This document shows, piece by piece, positions 23,601-36,190 of a stretch of 64,000 nucleotides of DNA; the first letter of the stretch is position 1; the number at the start of each line of letters is the position of its first letter. Below the pieces are notes generated by a model. That model did no database searches, was not told the origin of the DNA, and saw nothing but the letters and a program-made list of their open reading frames with translations. The translations under genes were made by a program, and so were the position numbers. Where the stretch lies: assembly GCA_030390025.1 (NCBI GenBank), contig CM059432.1, positions 87,546,001-87,610,000 of the forward strand. Reading direction: 5' to 3'. Source of the DNA: Squalus acanthias (taxonomy: Eukaryota).

Positions 23601-24559
23601 TTTTTTATGTATGTTTTGTGCATATACCATGAGTCCTTATCACCTTGACACACAGACTAGATGGATATCTGTGAGCTCTTGAAGAGGAATCTGGAGAGTC
23701 ACACAGGCGTGCCATGTGCTATTTGTTATCATAAAGGCCACTGTTCCTGGTGCTAGATGATGAAATGACTGAGCAACACATTATAGCAAGAGGTGTTGTG
23801 AGCCTTATTTGCTGTCTTTGAAGATACTTATATTTTTACTTATTTATGGCTAAACAAAGAACTGATGAAAATAATCAATATTCACCCTATTAAAATGATC
23901 TGCTGTAGAGTTTCTGATTTTAACTACAATGTTTACTTAGCTTATTAGTTGCAATTGCAATTGTTTGCTCTGCTTGTCTCTCCACCTCCGATAATGCATA
24001 CATGTAAAGTATGCCATCAACTGGTGCCTGGGTTTCAGTGTGTGGAGACTGTTTGTGTAGAAGTTTCTCTCTCTTTCTTTTTATATATCTTTTTATGGGA
24101 ATAAGTTATGTGAAGGAAAACAGAGCTGGGAAATAAGAGAGGTAAGGACAAGTGTGGATCTGAGCCAGAAAACTAAGCCAGCATCAACAGGATTGGATCA
24201 GCAGTAGTGAGCCAGAATAGAGTTTTTGTTATAAGCTGTCTGTGGTGAGATGTTTAAAGGGCTTTCAATGTTGGCATGCTATAATAACCATAAACTTGAT
24301 TGCTGTTGCAACTGGGCATCCATTTACATGTAAAGATACATTTTCCTTTTACTTCTAAACGCCATTAAGATAATTATTTTAAAATCAGTATTGCTTTTCT
24401 TTTCATTTTTACACATTTAAGAACACAATGATCTTATATGTGTAAATCAAAATTATATTTGATTTACACTTGATATTGGAGAGATAAAAAGAAAAAAAAG
24501 CATAAAATCTACTGGAAATTAAACACAAAACAGAAAAATTCTGGAAATGTGCAGCAATA

Positions 24560-25150
24560 AATAGAAATTTCATATAAGACGGTCACTGATAGGCTGAGGA
24601 CCTTATAGGAAGACAAGATACCAGGCTCAGATGGATTTTATACAAGGTTCCTTAAACTAATGGTTAGCAAAATTGGTCACATACTTGCCACAATCATTAG
24701 GGAATCATTAGAAATGAGAGTAGTGATTGAGGATTGAAAAGTAGCTAACATAACATTAACATTTAAAAAGGGACATAGGGATGCCCCAGAAAACTACAGG
24801 CTGCTGTGCAAAAAGTATTAGAAGATATCCTGAAAAACAGGATATTGAAACATCTAGATAGGTATGAAATGGTAAGAGGGAGTCAACATAGATTTATAGG
24901 AGGGAGGTTTTGCCTAACTGGAGTTCTCCAAGGAAATTATAGACCTTCTTGACAATGGAAAATCTGTGGATATGATAATACGTTTAGATTTCAGCAAGGC
25001 TTCTGGTATTGTGTCACACAAGCGCTAGATCCCCAAGGGAGGAAAGCATTGAATAGGAAGCAAGCTTCTGAAGTAGATTGAAAATAGGCTAAGCCAAAAA
25101 AACAAAGGGTTGTTGTAGATGGAGGTGCATTAACATGGCAAGGGGTTACC
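24560..25150 (+). mobile_element. Old degenerate CR1 RT fragment
   Basis: Decayed (W)KVANI..FKKG..D.P.NYR, SQH.F and LDFSKA segments. Confidence 0.65.
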
Positions 25151-25573
25151 TAAGAACATAAGAAAGAGGAGCAGGAGTAGGCCAATCGGCCCTTCGAGCC
25201 TGCTCCGCCATTCAATAAGATCATGGCTGATCTTCTACCTCAACTCCACCTTCCCGCACTATCCCTATATCCCTTGGTTCCCTTACTATCCAAAAATCTA
25301 TCGCTCTCTGTCTTGAATATACTCAATGACTGAGCATCCACAGCCCTCTGGGGTAGAGAATTCTAAAGATTCGCCACCCTCTGTGTGAAGAAATTTCTCC
25401 TCATCTCAGTCCTAAATGGCCAAAACCCTTATTCTGAGACTGTGACCCCTAGTTCTAGGCTCCCCAGCCAGGGGAAACATCCTGCCAGCATCTACCCTGT
25501 CAAGCCATTTGAGAATTTTATATGTTTCAATGAGATCACCTCTCATTTTTCTAAACTCAAGGGAATATAGGCC

Positions 25574-26594
25574 ACGATAGGATTCCACTTGTCCTCACCT
25601 TTCACCCCACCAGCCTCCACATTCAACGGATTATTCTCCACCATTTTTGCCACCTCCAGCGTGATCCCACCACCAAACACATCTTCCCCTCACCTCCCCT
25701 TTCAGCATTCCAAAGGGACCGCTCCCTCCACGACACCCTGGTCCACTCTATCACCCCCAACACCCCTTCCCCTTCGCCCGGCACCTTCCCATGCAAGCGC
25801 AGGAGATGCAACACATGTCCTTTTACCTCCACCCTTCCCACTGTCCAGGGCCCCAAACACTCCTTCCAGGTGAAACAACGATTTACTTGTACTTCTTGCA
25901 ATTTAGTATACTGTATTCGCTGCTCACGATGCGGCCTCCTCTACATTGGGGAGACCAAACACAGATCCGTTCAGTCTGTAAGGGTGACCCCGAGCTTCTG
26001 GTCGCCTGTCACTTTAATTCTCCGCTCCACTCCCACTCAGACCTCACCGTCCTCGGCCTCTTACACTGTTCCAATGAAGCTCAACGTAAGCTCGAGGAAC
26101 AGCACCTCATCTTTCGATTAGGCACTTTACAGCCTTCTGGACTCAACATAGAGTTCAACAATTTCAGACCATAACCTCTGCCCCTGTCCTTTTTTTCCCA
26201 TTTTTTTTCTCCCTCTCACATGGCAGCTGTCTTTCATTCTGCCAGTGCCAGTTACACTTCATCTAGAGCCATCTTTTGTTTCTTAACTTGTCCCATTACC
26301 ATCTCCTTTTGCCTTGCACCATCTCTTAATCTCTCTTAATGTCTCTTAATCTCTCCTACCTTCCATCCTATCACAGACCTTCCCTTTTGTTCTTTCCTCC
26401 CCTCCCCCCTTTCCCTGCCCCTACACTTGCTTAAAATCTGTTACATCTCCAGCTTTATCCAGTTCTGACGAAGGGTCATCGACCTGAAACATTAACTCTG
26501 TTTCTCTCTCCACAGATGCTGCCTGACCTGCTGAGTATTTCCAGCATTCTCTGTTTTTATTTCAGATTTCCAGCATCCGCAGTATTTTGCTTTT
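25574..26594 (+). mobile_element. Penelope-like retroelement 3' fragment with GIY-YIG endonuclease remnant
   Basis: DRIPLVLTFHP, CKRRRCNTC, FTCTS.NLVYCIRCSRCGLLYIGETK, VACHFN, RKLEEQHLIFRLGTLQPSGLN. 12-bp TSD GGAATATAGGCC at 25562-25573 and 26595-26606. Confidence 0.92.
26461..26497 (+). ncRNA. Minimal type I hammerhead ribozyme-like motif in the Penelope 3' end
   Basis: AGTT-CTGACGA-AGGGTC-ATC-GACCT-GAAA-CATT-AACT: core boxes, stem II and an AGTT/AACT stem I. Confidence 0.6.
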
Positions 26595-27784
26595 GGAATA
26601 TAGGCCTAGTCTACTCAACCTCTCCTCATAGGAACACCCCTCCTCCCCATCCCAGGAATCAGCCTAGTGAATCTTTGTTGCACTCCCTCTAAGGCAAGTA
26701 TATCCTTCCTTAGGTAAGGAGACCAAAACTGTACACAGTACTCCAGGTATAGTCTCACTAGGGCCCTATATAATTATAGTAAGACTGCTTTACTCTTATA
26801 CTCCAATCCCTTTGTAATAAAGGCCAACATACCATTTGCTTTCCTAATTGTTTGCTGTACCTGCATGTTAACTTTCTGTGATTCATGTACAAGGACACCC
26901 AGGTCCCTCTGAATGCAAACATTTCCCAGTCTCCCACCATTTAAAAAATATTCTGCTTTTCTATTTTTCCTGCCAAAGTGGATGACTTCACGCTTCTCCA
27001 CATTATATTGCATCTGCCATGTTCTTGTCCACTCATTTTTAAATAGCTGAGGCTCAAGCACTGATCCTTGCGGTACCCCACGAGTTACAGCCTGCCAACC
27101 CGAAAATTATCTGTTTATTCCTACTCTCTGTTTTCTGTCCATTAACCAATTCTCATTCCATGCTAATATATTGCCCCCAATCCCACTAGCTCTAATTTTG
27201 TGTAATAACCTCTTGTGTGGCACCTTATAGAATGCTTTTTGAAAATCCAAATACATTACATCCACTGGTTCCCCGTCATCTACCCAACTAGTTACAACCT
27301 CAAAAATATCTAAAAGATTTGTCAAACACGATTTCCCTTTCATAAAAACGTGCTGACTCTGCCCAATCATATCATGATTTTCTAAGTGCCCTGTTACCAC
27401 ATCCCTAAGAATAGATTCTAGCATTTTCCCTACTACTGATGTCAAGCTAACTGGTATATAGTTCCCTGTTTTCTCTCTCCCTCCTTTTTTGAATAACGGG
27501 GTTATGTTTGCTACCTTCCAATTTGCAGGGACTGTTCTAGAATCTAGGGAGTTCTGGAAGATCAAAACCAATGCATCCACTATCTCTGTAGTCACCTCTT
27601 TTAAAACCCTAGGATGTAGGCCATCAGGTCCAAGGGATTTGTCGATTTTTAGTCCCATTAATTTCTCCAGTACTATTTCCTTACTAATACTAATTTATTT
27701 TATTTCCTCATTCTCGCTAGACCCTTGGTTCCCCACTATTTCCAGAATGTTATTTGTGTCTTCTACCTTGAAGGCAGATACAAA

Positions 27785-28806
27785 GGGGGGAATTTTAACC
27801 TAAAAAACCGGTGGGTTTGGATCGTGGGGGTACTTAAATTGTTAAAAATCGGATTCCCGACCTGAAGCCACCCATCGCCTGTTTTAACTGAGGTGGGGCG
27901 GGAAGCAGGACGGGGGTGGGCAGCCAACCCACTTCTAGGAGGCAGGACGTCATTTCAATATTATAATGAGGCTGGAAGCCTCTTTTTTAACCTGCATTTT
28001 GTTTTTAACTGCATGTGGACGGGTTTCACACACTTCGTAAAATCTGGCAGTTACAGCGAGGCGGGGACTGCTGCATCCCGGAGGTAAGTGCCTTTATACT
28101 CTCTACCTCCTGGATCCAGGGTCCCTACCTGGCCCACCCCCTGCGATCGGAGACCCCCCTACCAGGCCTCCGATCACCCCTCCTCCAGGCCTCCCCCACC
28201 CACCAATGATGCTGAGGCTGGCCATGATCTTCTCTCCCCCCCACAATCCTCCGGTGGCTGGCCATGATCTTCCCTTCAACCACCTCCCCATCATCTGGAG
28301 GCTGGCCACGATCCTCTGGTGGGCAGCCACGATTTTCCCTTTACCCCCCGCGATCATCCGGCTCCGATCCTCTCTCCCACTCTCGCCGATCCTCTGCCCG
28401 AACACCCCCGCACCTGATTTTTTAACGGCCCGGCATGACTCCCAATCCTCTGCCTGACACCCCCACCCCCACCCCACCCGATCCTTTTAATGGTACAGCC
28501 TGACCCCCCGATCCTCTGCCCGCCACCCCCCACCCGATCCTTTTAATGGTACAGCCCGACCTCCCGATCCTCAGCCCGCCCCCCCCCACCTGATCATTTT
28601 AACAGCACGGCCCCCACACGAACCCTCCCTCCCTCCTCTGTGCAGCCTAGTGCCACAGGCATACCCACCCACAGCCAGCCAGCCTCTCAATCTATCTGGC
28701 TGTGGGCGGGAAATCGAGGCCTCGCATGCAAATCAGGCCTTGCTGTTAAAGTCGGCAGGGCCCACGGGAAACCCTGCCTCTCGCCTTCTTCCTTAAAATC
28801 CAGCCC
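27785..28806. mobile_element. Non-autonomous Harbinger-type element with a C-rich GATC-repeat interior
   Basis: Ends GGGGGGAATTTTAA / TTAAAATCCAGCCC. AAA is duplicated at the CR1 site gatacaaa|gtattc. Confidence 0.85.
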
Positions 28807-29794
28807 AAAGTATTCATTTAATGTCTCTGCCATTTTCTTATTCCTCATTATGATTTCGCCTGTCTCTAAGGGACCCACATTTACTTACGCTAATCTCTTC
28901 CTTTTACATACCTATAGAAGCTTTTACAATCTGTCTTTATGTCTCTTGCTAGTTTACCCTCATATTCTCTTTTCTCTTTCTTTATCAATTTCTTGGTCAT
29001 CCTTTGCTTAATTTTAAAATCCTGCCAATCCTCAGGCTTACTATTATTTTTGGCAACATTATAAGCCTCTTTCTTTAATCTAATCCTATCTTTAACTTCT
29101 CTTGTTAGCCATGGTTGGACTACTAATCCCATGGGGTTTTTATTCCTTAGGGGAGTGTATATTCGTTGCGAATTATGAATCAATTCTTTAAATGTTTGCC
29201 ATTACTTATCTACTGTCATATCTTTTAATCTAGTTTTCCAATCTACCTAATCCAACTTGCCCTCATACCTACATAGTTTGCTTTGTTCAGATTTAAAACC
29301 CTAGTTTCAGACTTAGCTAAATCACTCTCAACCTCAACATAAAATTCTATCATATTATGATCACTCTTCCCCAGAGGCTACTTTACTACAAGGTTATTAA
29401 TTAACCCTTTCTCATTGCACAATACTAGATCTAAAATAACCCGTTTCCTCATTGGTTCCTCGACATACTAATCTATAAAACAAGCTTGAGTACATTCCAT
29501 GAACTCGTCCTCCACACTATTACTGCAAATTTGGTTTGCCCAGTCTATATGAAGATTAAAGTCTCCCATGATTACTGTATTACCATTTTTACATGCACCT
29601 CTAATTTCCTGATTTATACTCTGCTCGACACTACAACTACTGTTAGGGGCCTATAAACTACTCCCACCAGTGTGAGTAGTTGCCCTCTCACCAGCTGCCC
29701 CATCAAACACTCCCAGGACAGGTACCGCATTGGTTAGATATAGGAGAATACCTTGCCCTGAAAAGCATGGTACCTGCATAACATAAACAATGAA

Positions 29795-30975
29795 ACAACA
29801 ACAACAAGAACAACAATTTATATAGCGCCATTAATGTAGTAAAAAATTCTGCTCATTCAGTACTGGATGTCGGACAAACAGTCTGACAATTTAGAGACGG
29901 TGGAGGGGTTGAGAGAGGTCTGGGGGTCTGGAACTCACTGCCTGAAAGGATGGTAGAGGCGGGAAACCTAACCACATTTAAAAAGTACTTGGATGTGCAC
30001 TTGGGATGCTCTAACCTGCAGGGCTATGGACCAAGAGCTGGGAAGTGGGATTAGGCTGGATAGCTCTTTGTTGGCCGGCATGGACATGATGGGCCAAAAT
30101 GGCCTCCTTCCGTGCTGTAACTTTCTATGATTCTATGATTCTAGGTGGTGGTGAGGTAGAGCTGGGTGTCGTCAGCGTACATGTGGAAACTGATGCTGTG
30201 TTTTCAGATGATGTCGCCAAGGGGAAACATGTAGATGAGAGATAGGAGGGGGCCAAGGATAGATCCTTAGGGGACACCAGAGGTAACGGTGCAGGATCGG
30301 GAAGAGAAGCCTTTGCAGGTGATTCTCTGGCTATGATTAGATAGGTAAGAATAGAGCCAGACGAGTGCAGTCCCACCCAGCTGGACGACGGTGGTGAGGC
30401 ATTGGAGGAGGATGGTGTGGTCAACCGTGTCAAAGGCTGCAGAGAATGATAAGGATGAGGAGGGATAGTTTACCTTTTTCACAGTCACATAGAATGTCAT
30501 TTGTGACTTTGATGAGAACCATTTCAGTACTGTGGCAGGGGCAGAAACCTGATTGGAGGGATTCAAACATCGAGTTCCGGGAAAGATGGGCACAGATTTG
30601 GGAGGCGTCAACATGTTCAATGACTTTGGAGAGGAAAGGGAGGTTGGAGATGGGGTGGTAGTTTGCAAGGACGGAGGGGTCCATGGTTGATTTTTTTAGG
30701 AGAGGGGTGATGACGGCAGATTTGAAGGAGAGGGGGACAGTACCTGAGGAGAGAGCACCGTTAACAATGTCAGCTAACATGGGAGCCAGGAAGGGAAGTT
30801 GGGTGGTCAGCAGTTTAGTGGGAATAGGGTCGAGGGAGCAGGAAGTGGGTCTCATGGACAAGATGAGCTCGGAGAGGGCATGAGTGGAGATAGGAGAGAA
30901 ACTAGAGAAAGATGCAAGTTCAGGGCTAGGGCAGGGAGGAACGTTAGAGGAAGTTTGGCCTGGTGAAAATTTGCT
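29795..30975 (-). mobile_element. L2-clade LINE fragment
   Basis: SCSLDPIPTKLL, NYHPISNLPFLSKVIE, QSGF, AFDTVDHTILL, GVP. (aac)n tail at 29795. Confidence 0.88.
29915..30142 (+). mobile_element. CR1 3' end inserted in L2
   Basis: tggaactcactgcctgaaagg... with a (ttctatga)n tail. Confidence 0.75.
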
Positions 30976-31080
30976 TGCTTGCTGTGACCACAGTGATATT
31001 GTTACATTTGCTATCACGACTGTAGTGATTTGAAATCACAGGACTGCAGACAGAAACACATACAGGACAGCAGATATTCA

Positions 31081-32800
31081 GGCCAAGATTTACCGGGGTG
31101 TCAGCAGGAGCAATCGGTCGGGTGGGAAAGTGTATTTTTTCCCCAGTGGTCGGGACACCGTTGTCAAACCACCGCCACGTACCTTTCCCTGATGTCGGGT
31201 CTGTCAGCATACTTATCTGACAAGCAGCGGCGGGCGATCCAATTCAGATAAGTATGACCTTGTTTAGAAATCATTAAGAATACATTTGAGCTCACCTTTT
31301 GATTTTACGTGCTCGCCCATGGGGTCCTCGCTGCTCGGGGATCACATCTGTTAAGCTGAGGCGGGAGATGAATGGACATTGAATCAGCTGATTGCTTGAC
31401 AGCTTGAAATGTGCTATAAAAGCTCCCACCTCACAGCTGTTCACTTTCCAAGCTCAGAAGCTGTTGCTTACTGCATTTGGAAGACAGATTGAGCTTTATG
31501 CAGGTTGCAAGTATTTGGAGCAAACTCTGTATCCAGTGCCACCTCTCTCACCATTGACAGATTGTTTCTGTCAACTCAACTTAACCTGCCATCTATTACA
31601 TCAGCATCGGTGCCCTTAAAACTATCTCACCTTGGTCCTCAGAATTCCACCACGATCAGCCCCAACACCAGCAGCACCAGGCACACCACCAGCACCAACA
31701 ACACCAACCTTCTCTGCAATCAACTGATGCTGCACAGGACACAGGGCATCAGCACCTGACCACATTGATGCCCGGGAGGCCAGGGATGGCTTCACCATGG
31801 CCAGATTAACTTCACTTGACACTGTACACCCTGGCTGCCACATGATGCGCCAGGTTGGCACCACCCCACACCAACACCATAAAGCATTCCTACAATGCCC
31901 AAGCCATTCCTTTCACACTCATCACCATTGCGGGGGGTACTGTTGTGTCTCACCATTCATTGCAACTCACTAAGCCACTTCCAAAGGCGCACACAAATCC
32001 GTCCAAGAACGCAAAGTGTTGAAAATAAAGGTTTCAATGTTTGACACCACATTAACAGAAACTTCACATGAACATTGCATAAAACACCCAAGTGCATACC
32101 CTTGTGTGTTGTTAGTTGGTATGATTGCACGAGCATGAGGGTGAGTGTGAGGGGTGGCTAGTGAGATGGGGATGTGATAATGTAGATAGAGAGTGATGGG
32201 TGGAGGTGCAAGGTAAGTTGGCATGTGTAAGAATGTGCAGAAGTAGGGTAGGGAAGGCAGAGTGTTGAGTGTGGCTTTGTACTAACATTTCGTGATCTAC
32301 TGAGATCATTGAAACGTTTGCGGCACTGCACCCAGGTCCTCCTGACCGCATCCCTGCTTGTGCCCTCCTCTGCAATGTGCAACCAGGCTGTGTTGATCTC
32401 CTGGGGAAGTGTCTTCTACCCACCAGAAGGGAAGAGGACCTCCCTGCGTGCTGTGACTCCCTCCATAAGCATATGGAGGGAGTCATGGGAAAGCCTGGGT
32501 GCAGCCCTGCACGTCTGTGCAGTGATTGTCAGTGTTTGCAGCACCTCAATGCTGTAGAACACTGACAGCACAAACGTCAAAATAAATTTGGCCATGATCC
32601 CTTTAAGGAAACTGGCTGATGATGCGTCATCAAATGACATCACCAGACTTGCTTCCTCTAATTGGCCGGGAAATACGCTGGGCGAGCGTAACAAGCTCAA
32701 TCAAGATAAATTCATTTCAGTCAGCAGGATGGAGCCAGCAGTGGGGCTGCAACCCGCCACCGACATCGCCCGCCACGGACCCGCCGAGGTCAGCAAACTC
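31081..32800 (-). mobile_element. Harbinger relic with a Myb-domain exon on the minus strand
   Basis: AAPRLSHDSLHMLMEGVTARREVLFP...WLHIAEE...RRTWVQCRKRFNDL (32290-32510). Left end GGCCAAGATTTACC. Confidence 0.75.
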
Positions 32801-32903
32801 GCGTTTGAAAGTTTCCTGATATTTACACAAAGGTGAGACTATTTGGTTCTTTGACAGCGGTTCTTTGCTAATGAACATTTAAGGAGGCAGTATGAGAATC
32901 TCT

Positions 32904-33800
32904 GGGGGAGAAATTCGATATCGCCCTGTTTGGGGCGCAATTATCGGCCGGGCGCAAAGTTTAGCGCCTGTCGCTAATTATCGCCTCTGACTGCAAACTT
33001 GGCTTCTATCGTCCCTGGAGGTGATTGCAGCGCTAAATCAGGCGCTACACACCTCTCTTAAGGCACTATCGCCGAGGAGCGAGGCGCTACCTCAGAGCGC
33101 TGGCGAAGCTCCTGTGCTGTCAGTCAGCAATGGAACACAGACACACTAGAGCCAGCCAGTTCTTAAAGGGGAGGGTCGATCTTGCTCTCCATCCACACCC
33201 TGCTCATTGCAGCCTTGAATCTCGACCTGGAGAGACCTGCACATCAAATCTGCTGGAAAGAACAATGGAGAGGCCCAGGGAAAGAGCTCAGAGTGCAGCC
33301 CCCACAGTCTCTTCTAAATCGATGCAAGGAAGGTCAAATCAAAATGAACCTGCAAAGTGCTGCTCAGTATCCAAAACTCCTTCACACAGAGTTGAATCTC
33401 TCCAGAAGTCTCTCTCTCTCTCTCTCTCTCAGAATGCGTGGTGCAAAAATGTCGCCGACAAAAAAAGGCAGGAAGCGGTCGCCTTTAAATAGCGCTCACC
33501 CAGTCCCTTCCCGACTGCAAAACCTTCCGCTCAACCTGTTGTTGCTAGCGGCAGGCGGAAAGGCAGGGGGCGCCACTCAATATCTGGTCCGGGGCGCTAC
33601 TGGGGTGTTGCACGCTCGACTGACGTCACGATCTGCGGGCGCAGGAGATCGTGGCGGTATTGTTTAGCGCCGCCGCAAAATATCTGGTCAATTTCGTGAG
33701 CGGCGCAAACATTGCCGCGACCGGGTGCTAGTTGCTTTGCGCCCCATTAGCGCCCTCTTAGGGCGCAAACAGGAGGCGCAAAGCAACCAAATTTTTCCCC
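32904..33800. mobile_element. Internally deleted derivative related to the young Harbinger at 1-3538
   Basis: 33405-33800 is collinear with 3125-3538 ((CT)n, TATA, TGACGTCA, terminal block). Ends GGGGGAGAAATT / AATTTTTCCCC. Confidence 0.85.
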
Positions 33801-34019
33801 ATGTCAGGTTATAACTGGCAGCGTGCTGATGATGTGCACATGTTTAAGGTGGTTCGGAGGCAATTGACACTCAAGCAGCCAAACAAAGTTGGCAGCAGCT
33901 ATTGCTGTGCAGCAATACAGAAAGAATGAAGCCATATATTTTACTTGGAAGTCTCCATTCCAAAACTGCTAACGTCACCAGTAAGAGGAAACCATGTTCT
34001 CCCTCTTCTCCTACTTCAC

Positions 34020-36190
34020 ATTAGTTGGTTCCATTACCCAGTGGGCAATCCCCCTTCCCTGACCACTGTCTCAGGCTGAACCAGACTGTTCGCACACTCG
34101 CCATCCTATTTGACTCTGAGCTGAGGTTACGAACCCATATCCTCTCCATTACAAAGGCTTACTTCCGCCGCTGTAACATTGCCTCGACCCATCTTAGCTT
34201 ATCTGTTGCTGAGACCCCCATCCAGACTCAATATTCCAACGCTCTCCTGCCCGGCCTCCCACCTTCCATAAACTTGAGCTCATCCAAAGCTGCCCTATTC
34301 TGACCTGAACAAAGTCTCACTCGCCCATCATCCCTGTGCTTGCTGACTTACATTGACTCCCAGTCCATCAATGCCTCAATTTTAAAAATCTCATCCCTGT
34401 GTTCAAATCCATCCATGGCCTCACCCCTCCCTATCTCTGTAACCTCCTCCAGCCCTACTAATCTCCAAGAGCTCAGTGTTCTTCCAACTCCAGACTTTTG
34501 TGCATCCCCTAATCCCTTCATCCCACCATTGGTGGCCGTGCCTTCAGTCTTCTCCGCCCTAAGCTCTGGAGTTCCCTCCATAAACCTCACAGCCATTCCA
34601 CCACTCTCTCTTCCTTTAAGACCCTTATTAAAACTTACCTTTTTGACTAAGCTTTTAGTCACCTGTTCTAATATCTCCTTCTTTGGCTTGGTGTCAATTT
34701 ATGTCTTATTACAAAAAGCAGGACAAATCCAATCCGGCCAATTACCGCCCCATCAGTCTACTCTCAATCATCAGCAAAGTGATGGAAGGTGTCGTCGACA
34801 GTGCTATCAAGTGGCACTTACTCACCAATAACCTGCTGAATGATGTCCAGTTTGGGTTCCGCCAGGACCACTTGGTTCCAAACCTCATTACAGCCTTGGT
34901 CCAAACATGGACAAAAGAGCTGAATTCTAGAGGTGAGGTGAGAATGACTGCCCTTGACATCAAGGCAGCATTTGACGGAGTGTGGCATCAAAGAGCCCTA
35001 GTAAAACTGAAGTCAATGGGAATTGGGGGGAAAACTTTCCACTGGCTGGAGTCATACCTAGCACAAAGGACGATGGTTGTGGTGGTTGGAGGTCAATCAT
35101 CACAGCCCCAGGACATCGCTGCAGGAGTTCCTCAGGGCAGTGTCCTAGGGCCAACTATCTTCAGCTGCTTCATCAATGACCTTCCCTCCATCATAAGGTC
35201 AGAAGTGGGGATGTTCGCTGATGACTGCACAGTGTTCAGTTCCATTCGCAACTTGTCAGATAATGAAGCAGTCTATGTCCACATGCAGCAAGATCTGGAC
35301 GACTTTCAGGCTTGGGCTGAAAAGTGGCAGGTAACATTCGCGCCACACAAGTGTCAGGCAATGACTGTCTCCAACAAGCGAGAGTCTAACCACCTCCCCT
35401 TGACATTCAATGGCATTACCATCACCGAATTCCGCACCATCAACATCCTGGCGGTCACCATTCACCAGAAACATAACTGCACTAGCCACATAAATACTGT
35501 GGCAACAAGAGCAGGTCAGAGGCTCGGTATTCTGCGGCGAGTGTCTCACCTCCTGACTCCCCAAAGCCTTTCCACCATCTACAAGGCACAAGTCAGGAGT
35601 ATGATGGAATACTCTCCACTTGCCCGGATGAGTGCAGCTCCAACAACACTCAAGAAGCTCGACACCATCCAGGACAAAGCAGCCCACTTGATTGGCACCT
35701 CATCTACCACCTTAAACATTCACTCCCTCCATACTGTGGCTGCAGTGTGTACCATCTACAAGATGCACTGCAGCAACTCGCCAAGGCTTCTTCGGCAGCA
35801 CCTCCCAAACCCGTGACCTCTACCACCTAGAAGGGCAAGAGCAGCAGGCGCATGGGAACACCACCACCTCCAAGATCCCCTCCAAGTTACACACCATCCT
35901 GACTTGGAAGTATATCGCCGATCCTTCATCGTCGCTGGGTCAAAATCCTGGAACTCCCTCGCTAACAGCACTGTGGGAGTACCATCACCACACGGACTGC
36001 AGCAGTTCAAGAAGGCAGCTCACCACCACCTTCTCAAGGGCAACTAGGGATGGGCAATAAATTTTGGCCTTGCCAGCGACGCCCACATCCCATGAACGAA
36101 TAAAAAGATATATGCTCCTGCGGAGCACGTTGGGACATTTTTCTACTTTAAAAGCACTATAATAAATGCAAGTTGTTGATTTTGTTGTTG
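34020..36190 (+). mobile_element. L2 LINE 3' fragment split by another LINE
   Basis: Decayed L2 C-terminus at 34020-34708. Tail ttgggacattttt...aaatgcaagttgttg at 36110-36190. Confidence 0.75.
34709..36107 (+). mobile_element. Non-LTR retrotransposon (CR1/Jockey group) 5'-truncated copy with a long open RT frame
   Basis: NYRPISLLSIISKVME, QFGFR, ALDIKAAFD, GVPQGSVLGP, FADD. AATAAAA end. Confidence 0.9.

Larger units (their letters stand above)
25152..29672 (-). mobile_element. Long CR1 LINE (most of ORF2, with deletions), split by a Penelope fragment and a MITE
   Basis: [41 protein letters not shown]. Endonuclease-region sequence near 29400-29670 and tail at 25152. Confidence 0.9.
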
